A stretch of DNA of 64,000 bases from Candidatus Methylomirabilota bacterium (GTDB lineage Bacteria; Methylomirabilota; Methylomirabilia; Rokubacteriales; CSP1-6): contig JBKPAK010000112.1 of the NCBI GenBank assembly GCA_046726415.1, positions 2,334 through 66,333 on the forward strand. The letters are read 5' to 3'. The notes under the pieces are model-generated. The model was not told where the DNA came from, ran no database searches, and saw nothing but the letters and a program-made list of their open reading frames with translations. Positions 52,139 through 62,885 of this stretch are shown piece after piece (within the stretch, counting starts at the first letter, position 1; every line of letters starts with the position of its first letter). A program made the position numbers and the translations under genes.

Positions 52139-53385
52139 TGCTGCTCGGGCTGGCCCTCCTGTGCCTCCTCGCCACCATGTTCTTCTCGGCGGCCGAGATG
52201 GCCTTCATCGCCGCCAATCGCCTGAAGTTGCGCCATCTCGCGGAGGAGGGGAACCGGGTGGCCGAGCAGTACCTGGATGCCTTCCGACGGCCGGAGCGCG
52301 TCCTGTCCACCGCCATGATGGGGGTGACCGTCTCTCATATCATCGCCTCCTCGGCGGCCACCCGGAGCGTGCTGCCCACCCTCGGTCCGTACGCCCCCCT
52401 CGTCGTCACCGCGGTGCTCACCCCGCTGATGCTCATCTTCGGCGAGATCTTTCCCAAGACGCTCGCCCGCGAGTGGGCCACTAGCATGATCCTGAAGCTC
52501 TACCGCCCGCTGACCTGGGCGTCGGTCCTGCTGGCGCCCTTCGTCATGGTGGCCAACGCGGTGGTGACCGCCGTGCTGCGCCTGGGCGGGAGCCGTCAGG
52601 TGGACGGACGCGCCTTCGTCTCCCGCGAGGAGTTGAAGGCTTTGCTACAGATGGAACCCGGCGAAGCCGACGTGACCACTCAGGAAGCGGAGATGATCGA
52701 CAAGATCTTCGACCTGGGTGACACCACCGTGCGCGAGGTCATGGTGCCACTGGTGGACCTCGCCATGCTGGCCGACACGGCGGCGCCGGACGAGGCCATC
52801 GCCATCATTCAGCGCCGCGGCTTTTCCCGGCTCCCCGTGTACCGCGAGCGGGAAACCAACATCGTCGGCGTGGTGACCGCCATGGACTTGCTGCAGCGCG
52901 GGGCGGAGGTCCGCGCGCTCTCGGAGCTGATGCGCGTGCCCTACTTCGTGCCGGAGACCAAGCGGATCGATGACCTCCTCCGCGAAATGCAGCGCGGGCG
53001 CCTGCACATGGCCATCGTCGTCGACGAGTACGGAGGCAGCACGGGGGCCATCACCCTGGAGGACATCCTCGAGCAGATCGTGGGCAAGATCGAGGACGAG
53101 CACGATCGGACCCCAGCCTCGGTGGAGCGGCTGCCCGACGGCAGTTACTGGGTGGCCGCTCGCACGCACATCGATGAGTTGAATGAAACGTTGGACTGGA
53201 ACCTGCCGAAGCAAGACTACGAGACGATGGCCGGTCTCGTCCTGGCCACCCTGCACCGCATTCCGCGAACGGGCGAGGAGTTTCAGATCCCCGGGTATGC
53301 CATCACGGTGCTGGAAGCAGACAGCCGGCGCGTGGTGGCCGTCAAGATCGCCCCGCTGCGACCCGTCCCCATCGCCGCCCCCTAG
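52138..53385 (+). CDS. CNNM/CorC-family transporter, tandem paralog
   Basis: Same architecture as the upstream gene; ATG overlaps upstream TAA (TAATG). Confidence 0.85.
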   Translation: MLLGLALLCLLATMFFSAAEMAFIAANRLKLRHLAEEGNRVAEQYLDAFRRPERVLSTAMMGVTVSHIIASSAATRSVLPTLGPYAPLVVTAVLTPLMLIFGEIFPKTLAREWATSMILKLYRPLTWASVLLAPFVMVANAVVTAVLRLGGSRQVDGRAFVSREELKALLQMEPGEADVTTQEAEMIDKIFDLGDTTVREVMVPLVDLAMLADTAAPDEAIAIIQRRGFSRLPVYRERETNIVGVVTAMDLLQRGAEVRALSELMRVPYFVPETKRIDDLLREMQRGRLHMAIVVDEYGGSTGAITLEDILEQIVGKIEDEHDRTPASVERLPDGSYWVAARTHIDELNETLDWNLPKQDYETMAGLVLATLHRIPRTGEEFQIPGYAITVLEADSRRVVAVKIAPLRPVPIAAP

Positions 53386-53449
53386 TGGCGACGGCCGGTA
53401 TCGCGCGGGTCCCGGGCGTCAACATCGACAGGAGGAGAGGAGACACCCT

Positions 53450-54124
53450 ATGGCAGGCACAATGGTGAAGTTCCCCACCAATGGCACCACGACCGACGGC
53501 TATGTGGCCACTCCCCCGAGCGGCAAGGGGCCAGGCCTCCTCGTCATCCAGGAGTGGTGGGGACTCGTGCAGCACATCAAGAACGTCTGCGATCGCTTCG
53601 CCGCCGAAGGGTTCACCGCACTGGCGCCGGACATGTACCATGGCCAGACGGCCACCGAGCCCGACGCGGCCGGGAAGCTCTTCATGGCCCTCAACATCGA
53701 GCGAGCGGAGAAAGACTTGCGCGGCGCGGCGGCCTACCTGACATCGCATTCCTCGACGGCCAAGCTGGGCGCGGTCGGCTTTTGCATGGGCGGGCAACTC
53801 GCCCTCTTTGCCGCAACGCTCCAGCCCTCGGTTGGCGCCTGCGTGAACTTTTACGGCATCCACCCGAACGTGAAGCCGGACTATTCGAAACTGTCGGGGC
53901 CGGTGTTGGGACTCTTCGCCGAGAAGGACGGCTTCGTGACGCCCCAGGTAGCTCGCGACGTCGACGCGGCCATCAAGAAAGCGGGCAAGCAGTCCGAGAT
54001 TCACATCTACCCGAACGTGGATCACGCATTCTTCAACGACGAGCGTCCCGACATCTACAACAAACCGGCCGCCGACGATGCCTGGCGCCGCACCCTCGCC
54101 TTCTTCCGCCAGCACCTGAAATAG
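53450..54124 (+). CDS. dienelactone hydrolase family protein
   Basis: DLH-like motifs (GFCMGG nucleophile elbow, HAF); ATG 53450 with SD aggaggagagg. Confidence 0.85.
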   Translation: MAGTMVKFPTNGTTTDGYVATPPSGKGPGLLVIQEWWGLVQHIKNVCDRFAAEGFTALAPDMYHGQTATEPDAAGKLFMALNIERAEKDLRGAAAYLTSHSSTAKLGAVGFCMGGQLALFAATLQPSVGACVNFYGIHPNVKPDYSKLSGPVLGLFAEKDGFVTPQVARDVDAAIKKAGKQSEIHIYPNVDHAFFNDERPDIYNKPAADDAWRRTLAFFRQHLK

Positions 54125-54152
54125 CCGGAGGCGAACGCCGCGCGTACCGGAC

Positions 54153-54186
54153 AACGTTGGAGGGGGCGTTGTGCCCCTCCAACGTT
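54153..54186. terminator. bidirectional hairpin (13-bp stem aacgttggagggg / cccctccaacgtt, 8-nt loop) between convergent DLH gene and rplQ
   Basis: Perfect inverted repeat; followed by TTT on the + strand; overlaps rplQ stop by 1 nt. Confidence 0.6.
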
Positions 54187-54656
54187 TACGCCGACCCGGC
54201 GGCCGCGCGCTCGCGCCGGCGCCGGCGGCCACCGGCGCCGGCCTCGCCGCGTTCTTTCTTCCTTTCGCCCCTCCCTGTGCCCTTGGCCTTCGGCACCTCC
54301 ACGCGGTCCACCAGTTCCAGGATCACGAGGGGGGCGGCATCGCCGCGGCGCGCGTCCCTTCTGAGGATCCGCGTGTAGCCGCCGTGTCGATCGGCGAATC
54401 GGGCCGCCACGCTGTCGAAGAGCCGCTTGACCACCTCGGCGTCGGGCACCATGTCGAGGACTTGGCGGCGGGCATGGAGATCCTCGCGCTTGGCCAAGGT
54501 GATCATGCGCTCGGCCAGTCCCCGCATGGCCTTGGCCTTGGCCTCCGTGGTCACGATTCGCTCATGGCGAAAGAGGGCCACCAGGAGATTCCGGAACATA
54601 GCCCAGCGATGCTGGGTGAGCCGCCCGAGTTTGAATCCCGCCTTCCGGTGCCTCAT
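54186..54656 (-). CDS. rplQ: 50S ribosomal protein L17 (with Arg/Gly/Glu-rich C-terminal tail)
   Basis: MRHRKAGFKLGRLTQHRWAMFRNL... canonical L17 N-terminus. Confidence 0.93.
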   Translation of the reverse strand: MRHRKAGFKLGRLTQHRWAMFRNLLVALFRHERIVTTEAKAKAMRGLAERMITLAKREDLHARRQVLDMVPDAEVVKRLFDSVAARFADRHGGYTRILRRDARRGDAAPLVILELVDRVEVPKAKGTGRGERKKERGEAGAGGRRRRRERAAAGSA

Positions 54657-55633
54657 CGCATGCCCCCGCGCCCGAGCGCGCCGAGGACGTTCGGGTCGAT
54701 TCGCAGGCCGAGGGAGAGCCCGAGGGCAGCCAGCGCGGTCTTGATCTCCTCGATGGACTTCTCGCCGAGGTTCTTCACCTGACCCAGCTCCTCTTCCGTC
54801 TTCTGCGCGAGGTCGGCCACCACGTGAATGTCGCTGTTTTTGAGGGCGTTGATGGCCCGCGAGGGCAGGGGCAGTTCCTCGATGAGTTTCCCCAGGGCGT
54901 CGCGCAGGAACTCTTCGCCGGATGCGGCCGCCGCGTCGTCGTCCTCCTCGCGCGCCCCAGCGCGCAGCGGAGCGAAGTGCTGTCGAAGATAGGTCGCCGA
55001 TCGCATGAGGGCGTCGTCGGGGCTCACCGCGCCGTTCGTCCAGATTTCGACCACCAGCTTCTCGTAATCGGTGATCTTGCCGAGCCGCGACATCTCCACG
55101 TTGTAGGAGACGCGGGTAATCGGGGAGTACGCGGCGTCGAGGGCAATCGCTCCCGCCGGCCCCGGGGTTCGCTTGCGATCGGCCGCCTCATAGCCGCGCC
55201 CGACTCCCACCCCCAGCTCCATGGACACGGTCGCCGGGCTTTCGATGGTCAAGAGATGTAGCTCGGCGTTGATGATCTCGACATCGACTTCGGGCAAGTC
55301 GGCCCCGGTGACGACCTTCGGCCCCTGGACGTCGAGGCGCAGGACCCGAGGCTCGCCACTGGGCACCTGGATGGCGAGCTTCTTGAGATTGAGAAGCACA
55401 TCGACGGTGCTCTCCGTCACGCCGGGGATCCTGGTCTCGATGTTTCTCACCCCGTCGATCTTGACCCAGGACACGGCGGCCCCAGGAACGATGGAGAGAA
55501 GCGTGCGGCGCAGGGAGTTGCCCACGGTCAACGCGTACCCTTTCTCGAAGGGCTCGGCGACCAGGCGGCCATAGCGCTCGCCCAGGATCTCCCACTCCAA
55601 TTTCTTCGGCTTCTGAAACGGAATTCGCGGCAT
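54653..55633 (-). CDS. rpoA: DNA-directed RNA polymerase alpha subunit
   Basis: N-terminal dimerisation domain (LTVGNSLRRTLLSIVPGAAV) and C-terminal alphaCTD (DLAQKTEEELGQVKNLGEKSIEEIK). Confidence 0.96.
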   Translation of the reverse strand: MPRIPFQKPKKLEWEILGERYGRLVAEPFEKGYALTVGNSLRRTLLSIVPGAAVSWVKIDGVRNIETRIPGVTESTVDVLLNLKKLAIQVPSGEPRVLRLDVQGPKVVTGADLPEVDVEIINAELHLLTIESPATVSMELGVGVGRGYEAADRKRTPGPAGAIALDAAYSPITRVSYNVEMSRLGKITDYEKLVVEIWTNGAVSPDDALMRSATYLRQHFAPLRAGAREEDDDAAAASGEEFLRDALGKLIEELPLPSRAINALKNSDIHVVADLAQKTEEELGQVKNLGEKSIEEIKTALAALGLSLGLRIDPNVLGALGRGGMR

Positions 55634-55648
55634 CAGTCGCTCGCTTCC

Positions 55649-56272
55649 TTACTTGCTGTAGAGCTCGACGATCAGCTGCTCGGAGACAGGGATCTGGATG
55701 TCCTCGCGGAGGGGCAGGCTTCGCACCACCCCGCGGCGGCCGCTGGGATCCAACTCCAGCCACTGGGGGACCTGCCCGCGTCCGGCGTTGAGGTTGTCAT
55801 CCACCCGCACCTGGTGCTTGGAGCTGCCCCTGAGCGCGACGACGTCGCCTACCTTCAGGAGGTACGAGGGAACCGAGACCTTGCGGCCGTTCACCTGGAA
55901 GTGGCCGTGGGCGACCATCTGCCGACTCTCCCGCCGCGAGGCCGCGAACCCCAGGCGGTGCACGGCGTTGTCCAGGCGCAGCTCCAGGAGCTTCAGGAGA
56001 TTCTCGCCGGTCACGCCCTTCTCGCGTTCCGCCTCATGGAAGTAGCGACGAAACTGCTCCTCCAGGACGCCGTAGATCCGCTTGGCCTTCTGTTTTTCCC
56101 GCAACTGGACTCCGTACGGGGTGAGTTTGCCCCGATTGAGACCATGCTGGCCGGGCGGGTAGTTCCGGCGCTCGATCGCGCACTTGTCGGTGAAGCAGCG
56201 AGCGCCCTTGAGGAAGAGCTTCATGCCTTCTCGGCGGCACAGGCGGCACTTAGCATCGCGGTAGCGGGCCAT
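55649..56272 (-). CDS. rpsD: 30S ribosomal protein S4
   Basis: [36 protein letters not shown]... zinc-ribbon S4. Confidence 0.95.
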   Translation of the reverse strand: MARYRDAKCRLCRREGMKLFLKGARCFTDKCAIERRNYPPGQHGLNRGKLTPYGVQLREKQKAKRIYGVLEEQFRRYFHEAEREKGVTGENLLKLLELRLDNAVHRLGFAASRRESRQMVAHGHFQVNGRKVSVPSYLLKVGDVVALRGSSKHQVRVDDNLNAGRGQVPQWLELDPSGRRGVVRSLPLREDIQIPVSEQLIVELYSK

Positions 56273-56281
56273 GGCGTCCCC

Positions 56282-56692
56282 CTACACCCGCCGCCGCTTC
56301 GGGGGGCGGCAACCGTCGTGCGGAATGGGCGTCACATCACGGATCGAGGTCACCTCGAGGCCCACCGCCTGCAGGGAGCGGATGGCCGCTTCCCGGCCGG
56401 CGCCCGGACCTTTCACGAAGACCTCGATGGTCTTGAGTCCATACTCCATGGCCTTGCGGGCGGCGATCTCGGCTGCCGTCTGCGCCGCGAACGGCGTGCT
56501 CTTTCGCGAGCCCTTGAAGCCGGCGCTCCCCGCGCTCGACCAGGCCACCACGTTGCCCATCTTGTCGGTGAGGGTCACGATCGTGTTGTTGAAGGTCGCC
56601 TGAACGTGCGCGACCCCCGTTCGAACCTCGCGCCGCTCGCGGCGCTTGCCCCCTTTCTTTCGGGGGGCGGGCTTCCCGGCCTGCTCCGCCAT
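56282..56692 (-). CDS. rpsK: 30S ribosomal protein S11
   Basis: [18 protein letters not shown]...[22 protein letters not shown]. Confidence 0.95.
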   Translation of the reverse strand: MAEQAGKPAPRKKGGKRRERREVRTGVAHVQATFNNTIVTLTDKMGNVVAWSSAGSAGFKGSRKSTPFAAQTAAEIAARKAMEYGLKTIEVFVKGPGAGREAAIRSLQAVGLEVTSIRDVTPIPHDGCRPPKRRRV

Positions 56693-56695
56693 CGC

Positions 56696-57100
56696 TTAGG
56701 CTCCTGCCTTCCTGGCCGCGGCCGTCGCCGTCGGCTTCTTCTTGATCATGACCCCGCGTCGCGGGCCTTTGCGGGTGCGGGCATTGGTATGCGTGCGCTG
56801 GCCCCGGGCGGGCAGTCCCCGGCGGTGCCGGATGCCTCGATAAGAACCGATGTCCATGAGGCGCTTGACGTTCATCGAAAGCTCCCGCCGCAGGTCGCCC
56901 TCGACCTTGAGCTCGCGCTCGATGATCTCGCGGATGCGGCCGACCTCTTCCTCGGTCCACGCCTTCACGCGCTTGTCGGGATCGAGGCTGGCCCGGGCCA
57001 GGATGTGCCTGGCGGTGGGGCGGCCGATCCCATAGATGTAGGTGATCGCCACCTCGCCTCGCTTGTCCCGAGGAAGATCGACGCCGGCGACGCGTGCCAT
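56696..57100 (-). CDS. rpsM: 30S ribosomal protein S13
   Basis: [26 protein letters not shown]... Confidence 0.95.
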   Translation of the reverse strand: MARVAGVDLPRDKRGEVAITYIYGIGRPTARHILARASLDPDKRVKAWTEEEVGRIREIIERELKVEGDLRRELSMNVKRLMDIGSYRGIRHRRGLPARGQRTHTNARTRKGPRRGVMIKKKPTATAAARKAGA

Positions 57101-57110
57101 GGAAGCCTCC

Positions 57111-57224
57111 TCAGCCCTGCCGCTGCTTGTGGCGCGGGTTCGTGCAAATGATGCGGATGACGCCCTGCCGTCGCACGATCTTGCAGTGCTCGCAGCGCGC
57201 CTTGATCGACGGTCTCACCTTCAT
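57111..57224 (-). CDS. rpmJ: 50S ribosomal protein L36 (zinc-binding type)
   Basis: Manual rc translation [37 protein letters not shown] (37 aa; below the ORF-track length cutoff). Confidence 0.85.
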   Translation of the reverse strand: MKVRPSIKARCEHCKIVRRQGVIRIICTNPRHKQRQG

Positions 57225-57247
57225 GCGATTGGTCCTGTCCTTCCGCG

Positions 57248-57466
57248 CTACTTGAACCGATACGTGATGCGCCCGCGCGTGAGATCGTAGGGCGACAGCT
57301 CGACCTTCACGCGATCGCCGGGGAGGATGCGAATGAAGTTCATGCGCATCTTGCCGCTGACGTGAGCGAGCACCCGGTGGCCGTTCTCCAGCTCCACCCG
57401 GAACATCGCGTTGGGAAGCGGCTCCACCACCGTGCCCTCCACCTCGATCGCGTCTTCCTTCGCCAT
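57248..57466 (-). CDS. infA: translation initiation factor IF-1
   Basis: [30 protein letters not shown]... S1-like fold, 72 aa. Confidence 0.95.
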   Translation of the reverse strand: MAKEDAIEVEGTVVEPLPNAMFRVELENGHRVLAHVSGKMRMNFIRILPGDRVKVELSPYDLTRGRITYRFK

Positions 57467-57476
57467 CGTCCTGCCC

Positions 57477-58250
57477 CTAAGCCGCGCTGGCGCGGTCTCC
57501 GTTGAGGGTTGTCAGGACCTCCGGACCACTTTCCGTCACCGCGATCGTATGCTCGAAGTGCGCGGCCAGGCTGCCGTCCGTGGTCACCGCCGTCCAGCCA
57601 TCCGCCAGGATCCGGACTTCGTAGTTCCCCATGGTGACCATCGGTTCGATCGCCAGCACCATGCCCGGTCGGAGCCGAGGTCCTCGCCCAGGCTCGCCGA
57701 AGTTGGGCACCTGGGGTTCTTCGTGAAGCGCCCGCCCGATCCCGTGCCCCACGAAGGCTCTCACCACTCCGAAGCCGTGCGCCTCCACATGCCGCTGCAC
57801 GGCGTGCGAAACGTCGGACAGCCGGTGATCCGCCCGGCACTCCCCGATGGCGAGCTCAAGACTTTCCCGGGTCACATCGAGGAGCGTCTGGACGGCCGGC
57901 GGAACCGCGCCGATGGGAAGCGTTACCGCGCAATCCGCGTAGTACCCCTCCACGATACACCCCAGATCAAAACCGACGATGTCCCCTTCCTTGAGACGCC
58001 GGTGCGCCGAGGGGATCCCATGGACCACTTCCTCGTTGATGGAGATGCAGACGGTCGCGGGGAACCCTCGGTAGCCCTTGAACGCCGGTTTGGCCCCGCG
58101 CTGGCGAATGAAGGCCTCCACGTCCTGGTCGATCTCCAGGGTCGACATCCCCGCCTTCACCCGCGTGCGCAAGCGCTCCACCACCTGGGCCAGGATGTGC
58201 CCGCCCTGACGCATCAGGGTGATCTCGCGGGGCGACTTGTAATAGATCAC
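57477..58250 (-). CDS. map: type I methionine aminopeptidase
   Basis: Pita-bread fold with metal-ligand residues (GHGIGR, EPMV). Confidence 0.93.
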   Translation of the reverse strand: MIYYKSPREITLMRQGGHILAQVVERLRTRVKAGMSTLEIDQDVEAFIRQRGAKPAFKGYRGFPATVCISINEEVVHGIPSAHRRLKEGDIVGFDLGCIVEGYYADCAVTLPIGAVPPAVQTLLDVTRESLELAIGECRADHRLSDVSHAVQRHVEAHGFGVVRAFVGHGIGRALHEEPQVPNFGEPGRGPRLRPGMVLAIEPMVTMGNYEVRILADGWTAVTTDGSLAAHFEHTIAVTESGPEVLTTLNGDRASAA

Positions 58251-58894
58251 GCCTGCCCCACCGCCTGTCGGATGGCCGCCCCGACGGCCACCATGGTTCC
58301 GTCGCCCCTCACCGACCGCAAGAGTCCGCGGTCGCGGTAGTAATCCAGAAGAGGGGCGGTCTGTCGCTCATACACGCGGAGTCGATTGGCCACGGTCGCC
58401 TCGCTGTCGTCTTCCCGCTGATAGAGCGGGCCCCCGCACCGATCGCAGACGCCAGGCTTGGCGGGAGGTGCCGAGACCATGTGGAACGTGCTACCGCATT
58501 GACGGCAGACCCGGCGACCGGTCAGACGGCGGAGAAGTTCCGCCTCCGGCACGTCGAAGTACACGACGGCGTCGAGCTCCTGGCCGAGCTCCTTGAGGAT
58601 CTGGGTCAGGGCCTCGGCCTGGCCGATCGTGCGCGGGAAACCGTCGAGGACGAAACCGCGCCGCGCGTCCGGCCGGGCCAGCCGCTCCTTCACGACCGCC
58701 ACGATGACGTCGTCGGGCACGAGCGCGCCCTGGTCCATGTAGCGCTTCGCCTCATGGCCCAGCGGTGTTCCGGCGGCCACCGCCTCCCGCAGGATGTCGC
58801 CGGTGGCGATCTGCGGGACTCTCCATGCTTGGGCCAGCTCCCGCGCCTGCGTCCCTTTGCCGGCCCCGGGAGGGCCAAGGAAAGCCACACGCAC
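58247..58894 (-). CDS. adk: adenylate kinase (with zinc-knuckle LID: CRQCG...CDRCG)
   Basis: (M)RVAFLGPPGAGKGTQA from GTG at 58892-58894 (ORF-track start 58924 would overlap secY by 26 nt); ATGA overlap with map. Confidence 0.9.
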   Translation of the reverse strand: MRVAFLGPPGAGKGTQARELAQAWRVPQIATGDILREAVAAGTPLGHEAKRYMDQGALVPDDVIVAVVKERLARPDARRGFVLDGFPRTIGQAEALTQILKELGQELDAVVYFDVPEAELLRRLTGRRVCRQCGSTFHMVSAPPAKPGVCDRCGGPLYQREDDSEATVANRLRVYERQTAPLLDYYRDRGLLRSVRGDGTMVAVGAAIRQAVGQA

Positions 58895-58898
58895 CGGG

Positions 58899-60233
58899 CT
58901 AGCCCCTCCGCGCGAAGGCGCCACCGGGACGGGACTTGGATCGCTTCAGGAATCCCTCGTAGTTGCGCATGAGGAGATGGGATTCCATCTGGCGGACGGT
59001 GTCCAGCGCCACCCCCACTACGATGAGCAGGCTGGTACCCCCGAAATAGAACGGCACGTTGAACCAGCGGATGAGGAAGTCCGGCAGCACCGAGATGATG
59101 GCCAGGAAGAGCGCGCCGGGCAGGGTGATCCGGGTCAGCACGCGGTCGATATACTCGGCCGTCTTCTTACCCGGTCGAACCCCGGGGATGAAGCCGCCGT
59201 ACTTCTTCATGTTGTCGGCGAGGTCGACGGGATTGAAGACGATCGCCGTGTAAAAGTACGCGAAGAACACGATCAGGGCCATGTACAGCACGGTGTAGGT
59301 GAAGCGGCCTGGGGAGAGGGCGTCGGAGAAGGCTTGCATCCACGGATGCGGTACGAATCGCGTCAAGGTGGCGGGGAAGAGAATGAGGGAGGAGGCGAAA
59401 ATGACGGGAATGACCCCCGCCGTATTGATGCGCAACGGGATGTGGGTGGACGAACCACCGTAGACACGCCGGCCCACCATGCGCTTGGCATACTGCACGG
59501 GGATCTTTCGCTGCCCCTCCTGCATGAGGACCACCGCCGCGGTGACCGCCACCATGAGCAGGATCAGTGCGCCGAAGACGAAGAGCTTCAACTCCCCCGT
59601 CGTGATGAGCGTGTAGGAGGCCTCTACCGCCGACGGTAGGCGCACCACGATCCCCGCGAAGATGATCAGCGAGATCCCGTTGCCGATGCCCCGCTCTGAG
59701 ATCTGCTCGCCGAGCCACATGATGAGCGCGGTCCCCGCGGTGAGGGTGATCATCACCAAAAGGCGAAACCCCCAGCCCGGGAACGGCACGATGGAGACGC
59801 CGGTCGGGCTGCTCATGCTCTCCAGGCCGTAGGCGATGCCCAGGGACTGCACCAGCGCCAAGCCGATCGTTCCATAGCGCGTATACTGGGTGATCTTCTT
59901 TCGTCCCGCTTCTCCCTCCCGGGCGAGTCGCTCCAGGGTAGGAATCACCACGGTGAGCAGTTGCAAAATGATCGACGCCGAGATGTAGGGCATGATACCC
60001 AGCGCGAACACCGAGAGCCGTCGCAGGTTCCCGCCCGAGAACAAGTCCACCATACCCAGGAGTGTTCCCTGCACCTGATCGAAGAACTGCGCGAGGGCAT
60101 GGCCATCGATGCCCGGAGTGGGCACGTGGGCACCGATCCGATAGGCAACCAGCAGGCCGGTCGTGATCAAGATTCGTCGCTTCAGCTCCGGAATCTTGAA
60201 GACGTTCTGGAAAGCGTGGAGGCTTTCGATCAC
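58899..60233 (-). CDS. secY: preprotein translocase subunit SecY
   Basis: 10-TM SecY; MIESLHAFQNVFKIPELKRRILITTGLLVAYR... Confidence 0.95.
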   Translation of the reverse strand: MIESLHAFQNVFKIPELKRRILITTGLLVAYRIGAHVPTPGIDGHALAQFFDQVQGTLLGMVDLFSGGNLRRLSVFALGIMPYISASIILQLLTVVIPTLERLAREGEAGRKKITQYTRYGTIGLALVQSLGIAYGLESMSSPTGVSIVPFPGWGFRLLVMITLTAGTALIMWLGEQISERGIGNGISLIIFAGIVVRLPSAVEASYTLITTGELKLFVFGALILLMVAVTAAVVLMQEGQRKIPVQYAKRMVGRRVYGGSSTHIPLRINTAGVIPVIFASSLILFPATLTRFVPHPWMQAFSDALSPGRFTYTVLYMALIVFFAYFYTAIVFNPVDLADNMKKYGGFIPGVRPGKKTAEYIDRVLTRITLPGALFLAIISVLPDFLIRWFNVPFYFGGTSLLIVVGVALDTVRQMESHLLMRNYEGFLKRSKSRPGGAFARRG

Positions 60234-60697
60234 GGGGAGGCCGCCTGGGGCGCGAGCACCTCTGCTCGCCCGCCCTTCGCTTCGATCTTGGCACGCGCCG
60301 CCCCACTCACCGCGTGCGCCCGCACCGTGAGCGCGTGGCTCAGATCCCCGTCCCCGAGAATCTTCACGCGGTCGCGATCACTCCGCCGGACGAGGCCGGC
60401 CTCGACGAGGCTCGTTGGATCCACCACACTGCCCGCCCCGAAGCGCTCGAGGTCACTCAGGTTCACGATGGCGAAGGGGTGCTTGCCTCCGTGCGGAAAG
60501 AAGCCGCGCTTGGGTAGGCGGCGGTGGAGGGGCATCTGCCCACCCTCGAATCCGACCCTCACGCCGCCACCCGAGCGGGCCTTCTGCCCCTTGCTGCCCT
60601 TGGTCGCGGTCTTGCCGTGTCCCGAGGCCGGGCCTCGGCCAACTTTCTTGCGGCGGTGCTTCGTCCCGGGCGCTGGGCGGAGGTCCTCAAGCCTCAT
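60230..60697 (-). CDS. rplO: 50S ribosomal protein L15
   Basis: [34 protein letters not shown]... Confidence 0.93.
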   Translation of the reverse strand: MRLEDLRPAPGTKHRRKKVGRGPASGHGKTATKGSKGQKARSGGGVRVGFEGGQMPLHRRLPKRGFFPHGGKHPFAIVNLSDLERFGAGSVVDPTSLVEAGLVRRSDRDRVKILGDGDLSHALTVRAHAVSGAARAKIEAKGGRAEVLAPQAASP

Positions 60698-60872
60698 GGG
60701 TCACCTGGAGCACGTGAGAGACCTTGGCGATCATTCCCCGCACGGTGGCTGTGTCCTCATGCGTCACGACATGGTTCATGCGCCGCAGTCCCAGCGCCTT
60801 GACCGTCGCCTCCTGTTTGGGGCTGAGCCCGATGAGGCTCTTTCTGAGGGTGACCTTAAGCTTCCTTGCCAC
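60687..60872 (-). CDS. rpmD: 50S ribosomal protein L30
   Basis: (GTG start) [36 protein letters not shown]... Confidence 0.9.
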   Translation of the reverse strand: MARKLKVTLRKSLIGLSPKQEATVKALGLRRMNHVVTHEDTATVRGMIAKVSHVLQVTHEA

Positions 60873-61389
60873 TGACGGCCTCCTGCGGCATGTCGCCGTC
60901 GCTGCTGCGCCGGCGGATCGCCTGCAAGTCCTGGAGCCGCTTAATCCGGCGGAGGGCGTCGATCGTCGCCTTGAGCACGTTGTGCGGGTTGTTGGACCCC
61001 AAGGTCTTGGTGAGAATGTCCTGCACCCCCGCGGCCTCGAGCACCGGCCGCACCGCGCCCCCGGCGATGACCCCCGTCCCCGGCACGGCTGGCTTCAAGA
61101 ACACCCGACCGGCCCCGAAGTGGCCTGTAATCTCGCAAGGAATGGTCGTCTCGCGCAAGGGGACATAGATCAGATCCTTCTTGGCGTGCTCGACCGCCTT
61201 GCGGATCGCCTCGGGAACCTCGTGGGCCTTGCCCAATCCCACGCCGACATGTCCCTTGCCATCCCCCACCACCACCAGGGCCGTGAAGGAAAAGCGGCGT
61301 CCGCCCTTGACTACCTTGGCCACCCGGTTGATCGTGACCACGCGGTCGGTCAACTCCAGCACGCTGGGATCGATCCTCGCTTCCGCCAC
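60856..61389 (-). CDS. rpsE: 30S ribosomal protein S5
   Basis: (GTG start) [44 protein letters not shown]... Confidence 0.95.
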   Translation of the reverse strand: MAEARIDPSVLELTDRVVTINRVAKVVKGGRRFSFTALVVVGDGKGHVGVGLGKAHEVPEAIRKAVEHAKKDLIYVPLRETTIPCEITGHFGAGRVFLKPAVPGTGVIAGGAVRPVLEAAGVQDILTKTLGSNNPHNVLKATIDALRRIKRLQDLQAIRRRSSDGDMPQEAVSGKEA

Positions 61390-61408
61390 TCAGCGTCTCC
61401 TAACGTCG

Positions 61409-61490
61409 GGGGGAGCGACACCGCTCCCCCGACACCCCCTACCGGGAATCCCCGGCGTTCTTCTTCCGATTGCGGCGGCACTGCCGCCGC
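61409..61490 (-). promoter_or_regulatory. two perfect GC-rich hairpins in the unusually long (182-bp) rplR-rpsE spacer: 61409-61430 (9-bp stem, ACAC loop) and 61472-61490 (gcggcggca-c-tgccgccgc)
   Basis: Inverted repeats read directly; the first lies ~20 nt upstream of the rpsE SD (rc aggagacgctgGTG). Confidence 0.35.
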
Positions 61491-61571
61491 TCGAACCCGG
61501 GCCTTCGGCCCACGCCTCGCATCGGTCGCCAGCGGCAACCATCGCTGCGGCCGCTGGGTCGCGGACTGCGG

Positions 61572-61937
61572 TCACAGGACAAGCCCTCCGGCCCGGGCGG
61601 CCTCCGCCAGCGCCTTGACCCGTCCGTGGAACTTGTAGCCCCCGCGATCGAAGACGACGCGCTCGACCCCCCGGGCCTTCGCTCGCTCGGCCAGCAATTC
61701 GCCGACCGCCTTGGCCGCCGCCACATTGCCACCCGAAGCCTGGCGCTCGCGCAACGATGGGCTGCGGCTGTCGACGGCCAGCACGGTGAGCCCGCGCTCG
61801 TCGTCGATGAGCTGGGCATAGATATGGTTGAGGCTGCGAAACACGGTCAGACGCGGGCGCGCCGCCGAGCCCCGCACGTACCGGCGCAACCGGTAGTGGC
61901 GGATGTCGCGGGCCCGTCGCCGGTCCTGAATGATCAT
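61572..61937 (-). CDS. rplR: 50S ribosomal protein L18
   Basis: ...[30 protein letters not shown]...[21 protein letters not shown]. Confidence 0.93.
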   Translation of the reverse strand: MIIQDRRRARDIRHYRLRRYVRGSAARPRLTVFRSLNHIYAQLIDDERGLTVLAVDSRSPSLRERQASGGNVAAAKAVGELLAERAKARGVERVVFDRGGYKFHGRVKALAEAARAGGLVL

Positions 61938-62476
61938 TTCGCTCCCGCCTTCTTGCCGACCTTGCGGCGAACGACTTCGCCCGCGTAGCGGATGCCCTTT
62001 CCCTTGTACGGATCGGGCTTGCGGAGCTCGCGCAGACGAGCGGCCGTCTGGCCCAGTAAGGCCTTGTCGACGCCCCGCAAGGTGATGGACACCTGCCGTT
62101 CGATCTCGGCCGTGATGCCGTCCGGCAGGGCGAAGACGATCGGATGCGAGTAGCCGAGAGCGAGCTGGATGTTCTTGCCTTGCATTTGCGCGCGATACCC
62201 GATGCCCACGATCTCCAGCTTGCGCTCGAAGCCGGCCGACACGCCAGTCACCATATTGGCCACCAGGGAGCGGGCGAGACCGTGCAGGGCCCGCACCGTC
62301 CGTGCATCCGTCGCCCGGGTCAGCACCAGCTGACCGTCGTTCAGCTGGGCCGAGATCCCGGAGGGCACCGCCTGGGTCAGCCGCCCCTTGGGTCCTTCGG
62401 CCCGCACCACATTACCGTCCACCTGGACCTTGACGCCCTGGGGAATGCCGATGGGTTTCTTGCCGATTCGTGACAT
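61934..62476 (-). CDS. rplF: 50S ribosomal protein L6
   Basis: [24 protein letters not shown]... from ATG 62474-62476 (in-frame upstream ATG at 62515 is the alternative). Confidence 0.9.
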   Translation of the reverse strand: MSRIGKKPIGIPQGVKVQVDGNVVRAEGPKGRLTQAVPSGISAQLNDGQLVLTRATDARTVRALHGLARSLVANMVTGVSAGFERKLEIVGIGYRAQMQGKNIQLALGYSHPIVFALPDGITAEIERQVSITLRGVDKALLGQTAARLRELRKPDPYKGKGIRYAGEVVRRKVGKKAGAK

Positions 62477-62483
62477 GGGTCCC

Positions 62484-62885
62484 CTACCAGACGTAGGCGA
62501 GGACTTCCCCGCCAATCCTGTCTCTGCGCGCGGTGCGGCCGGTGAGCACTCCCCGCGACGTGGACAGCACCGCCACGCCCATGCCGCCCAGCACGCTGGG
62601 AATCTTGTCGTGCCCCACGTAGACGCGCCGCCCGGGCGTCGAGACCCGCACGAGTCCTGAGATCATCTTCTCGTTGGCCACGCCATACTTGAGGTAGACG
62701 CGCAGGACGCCCTGCTTGCCATCCTCGAGCATGCGAAAGTTCTTGATGAACCCCTCGTCCTTCAGGATCTCCGCCACGCGCACCTTCAGCTTGGACGCGG
62801 GAATATCGACCTTCTCGTGCTCCGCCCGGCTCGCGTTGCGGATGCGCGTGAGCATGTCCCCCATGGGATCACTGTGCATGGTCAC
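62484..62885 (-). CDS. rpsH: 30S ribosomal protein S8
   Basis: [34 protein letters not shown]... Confidence 0.95.
   Translation of the reverse strand: MTMHSDPMGDMLTRIRNASRAEHEKVDIPASKLKVRVAEILKDEGFIKNFRMLEDGKQGVLRVYLKYGVANEKMISGLVRVSTPGRRVYVGHDKIPSVLGGMGVAVLSTSRGVLTGRTARRDRIGGEVLAYVW

Noticed and set aside
61470-61520. tRNA-like GGTTCGAG T-loop motif in the rplR-rpsE spacer
   Set aside because: Flanking arms do not pair as a T-stem and no acceptor/anticodon structure is apparent; better explained as GC hairpins.
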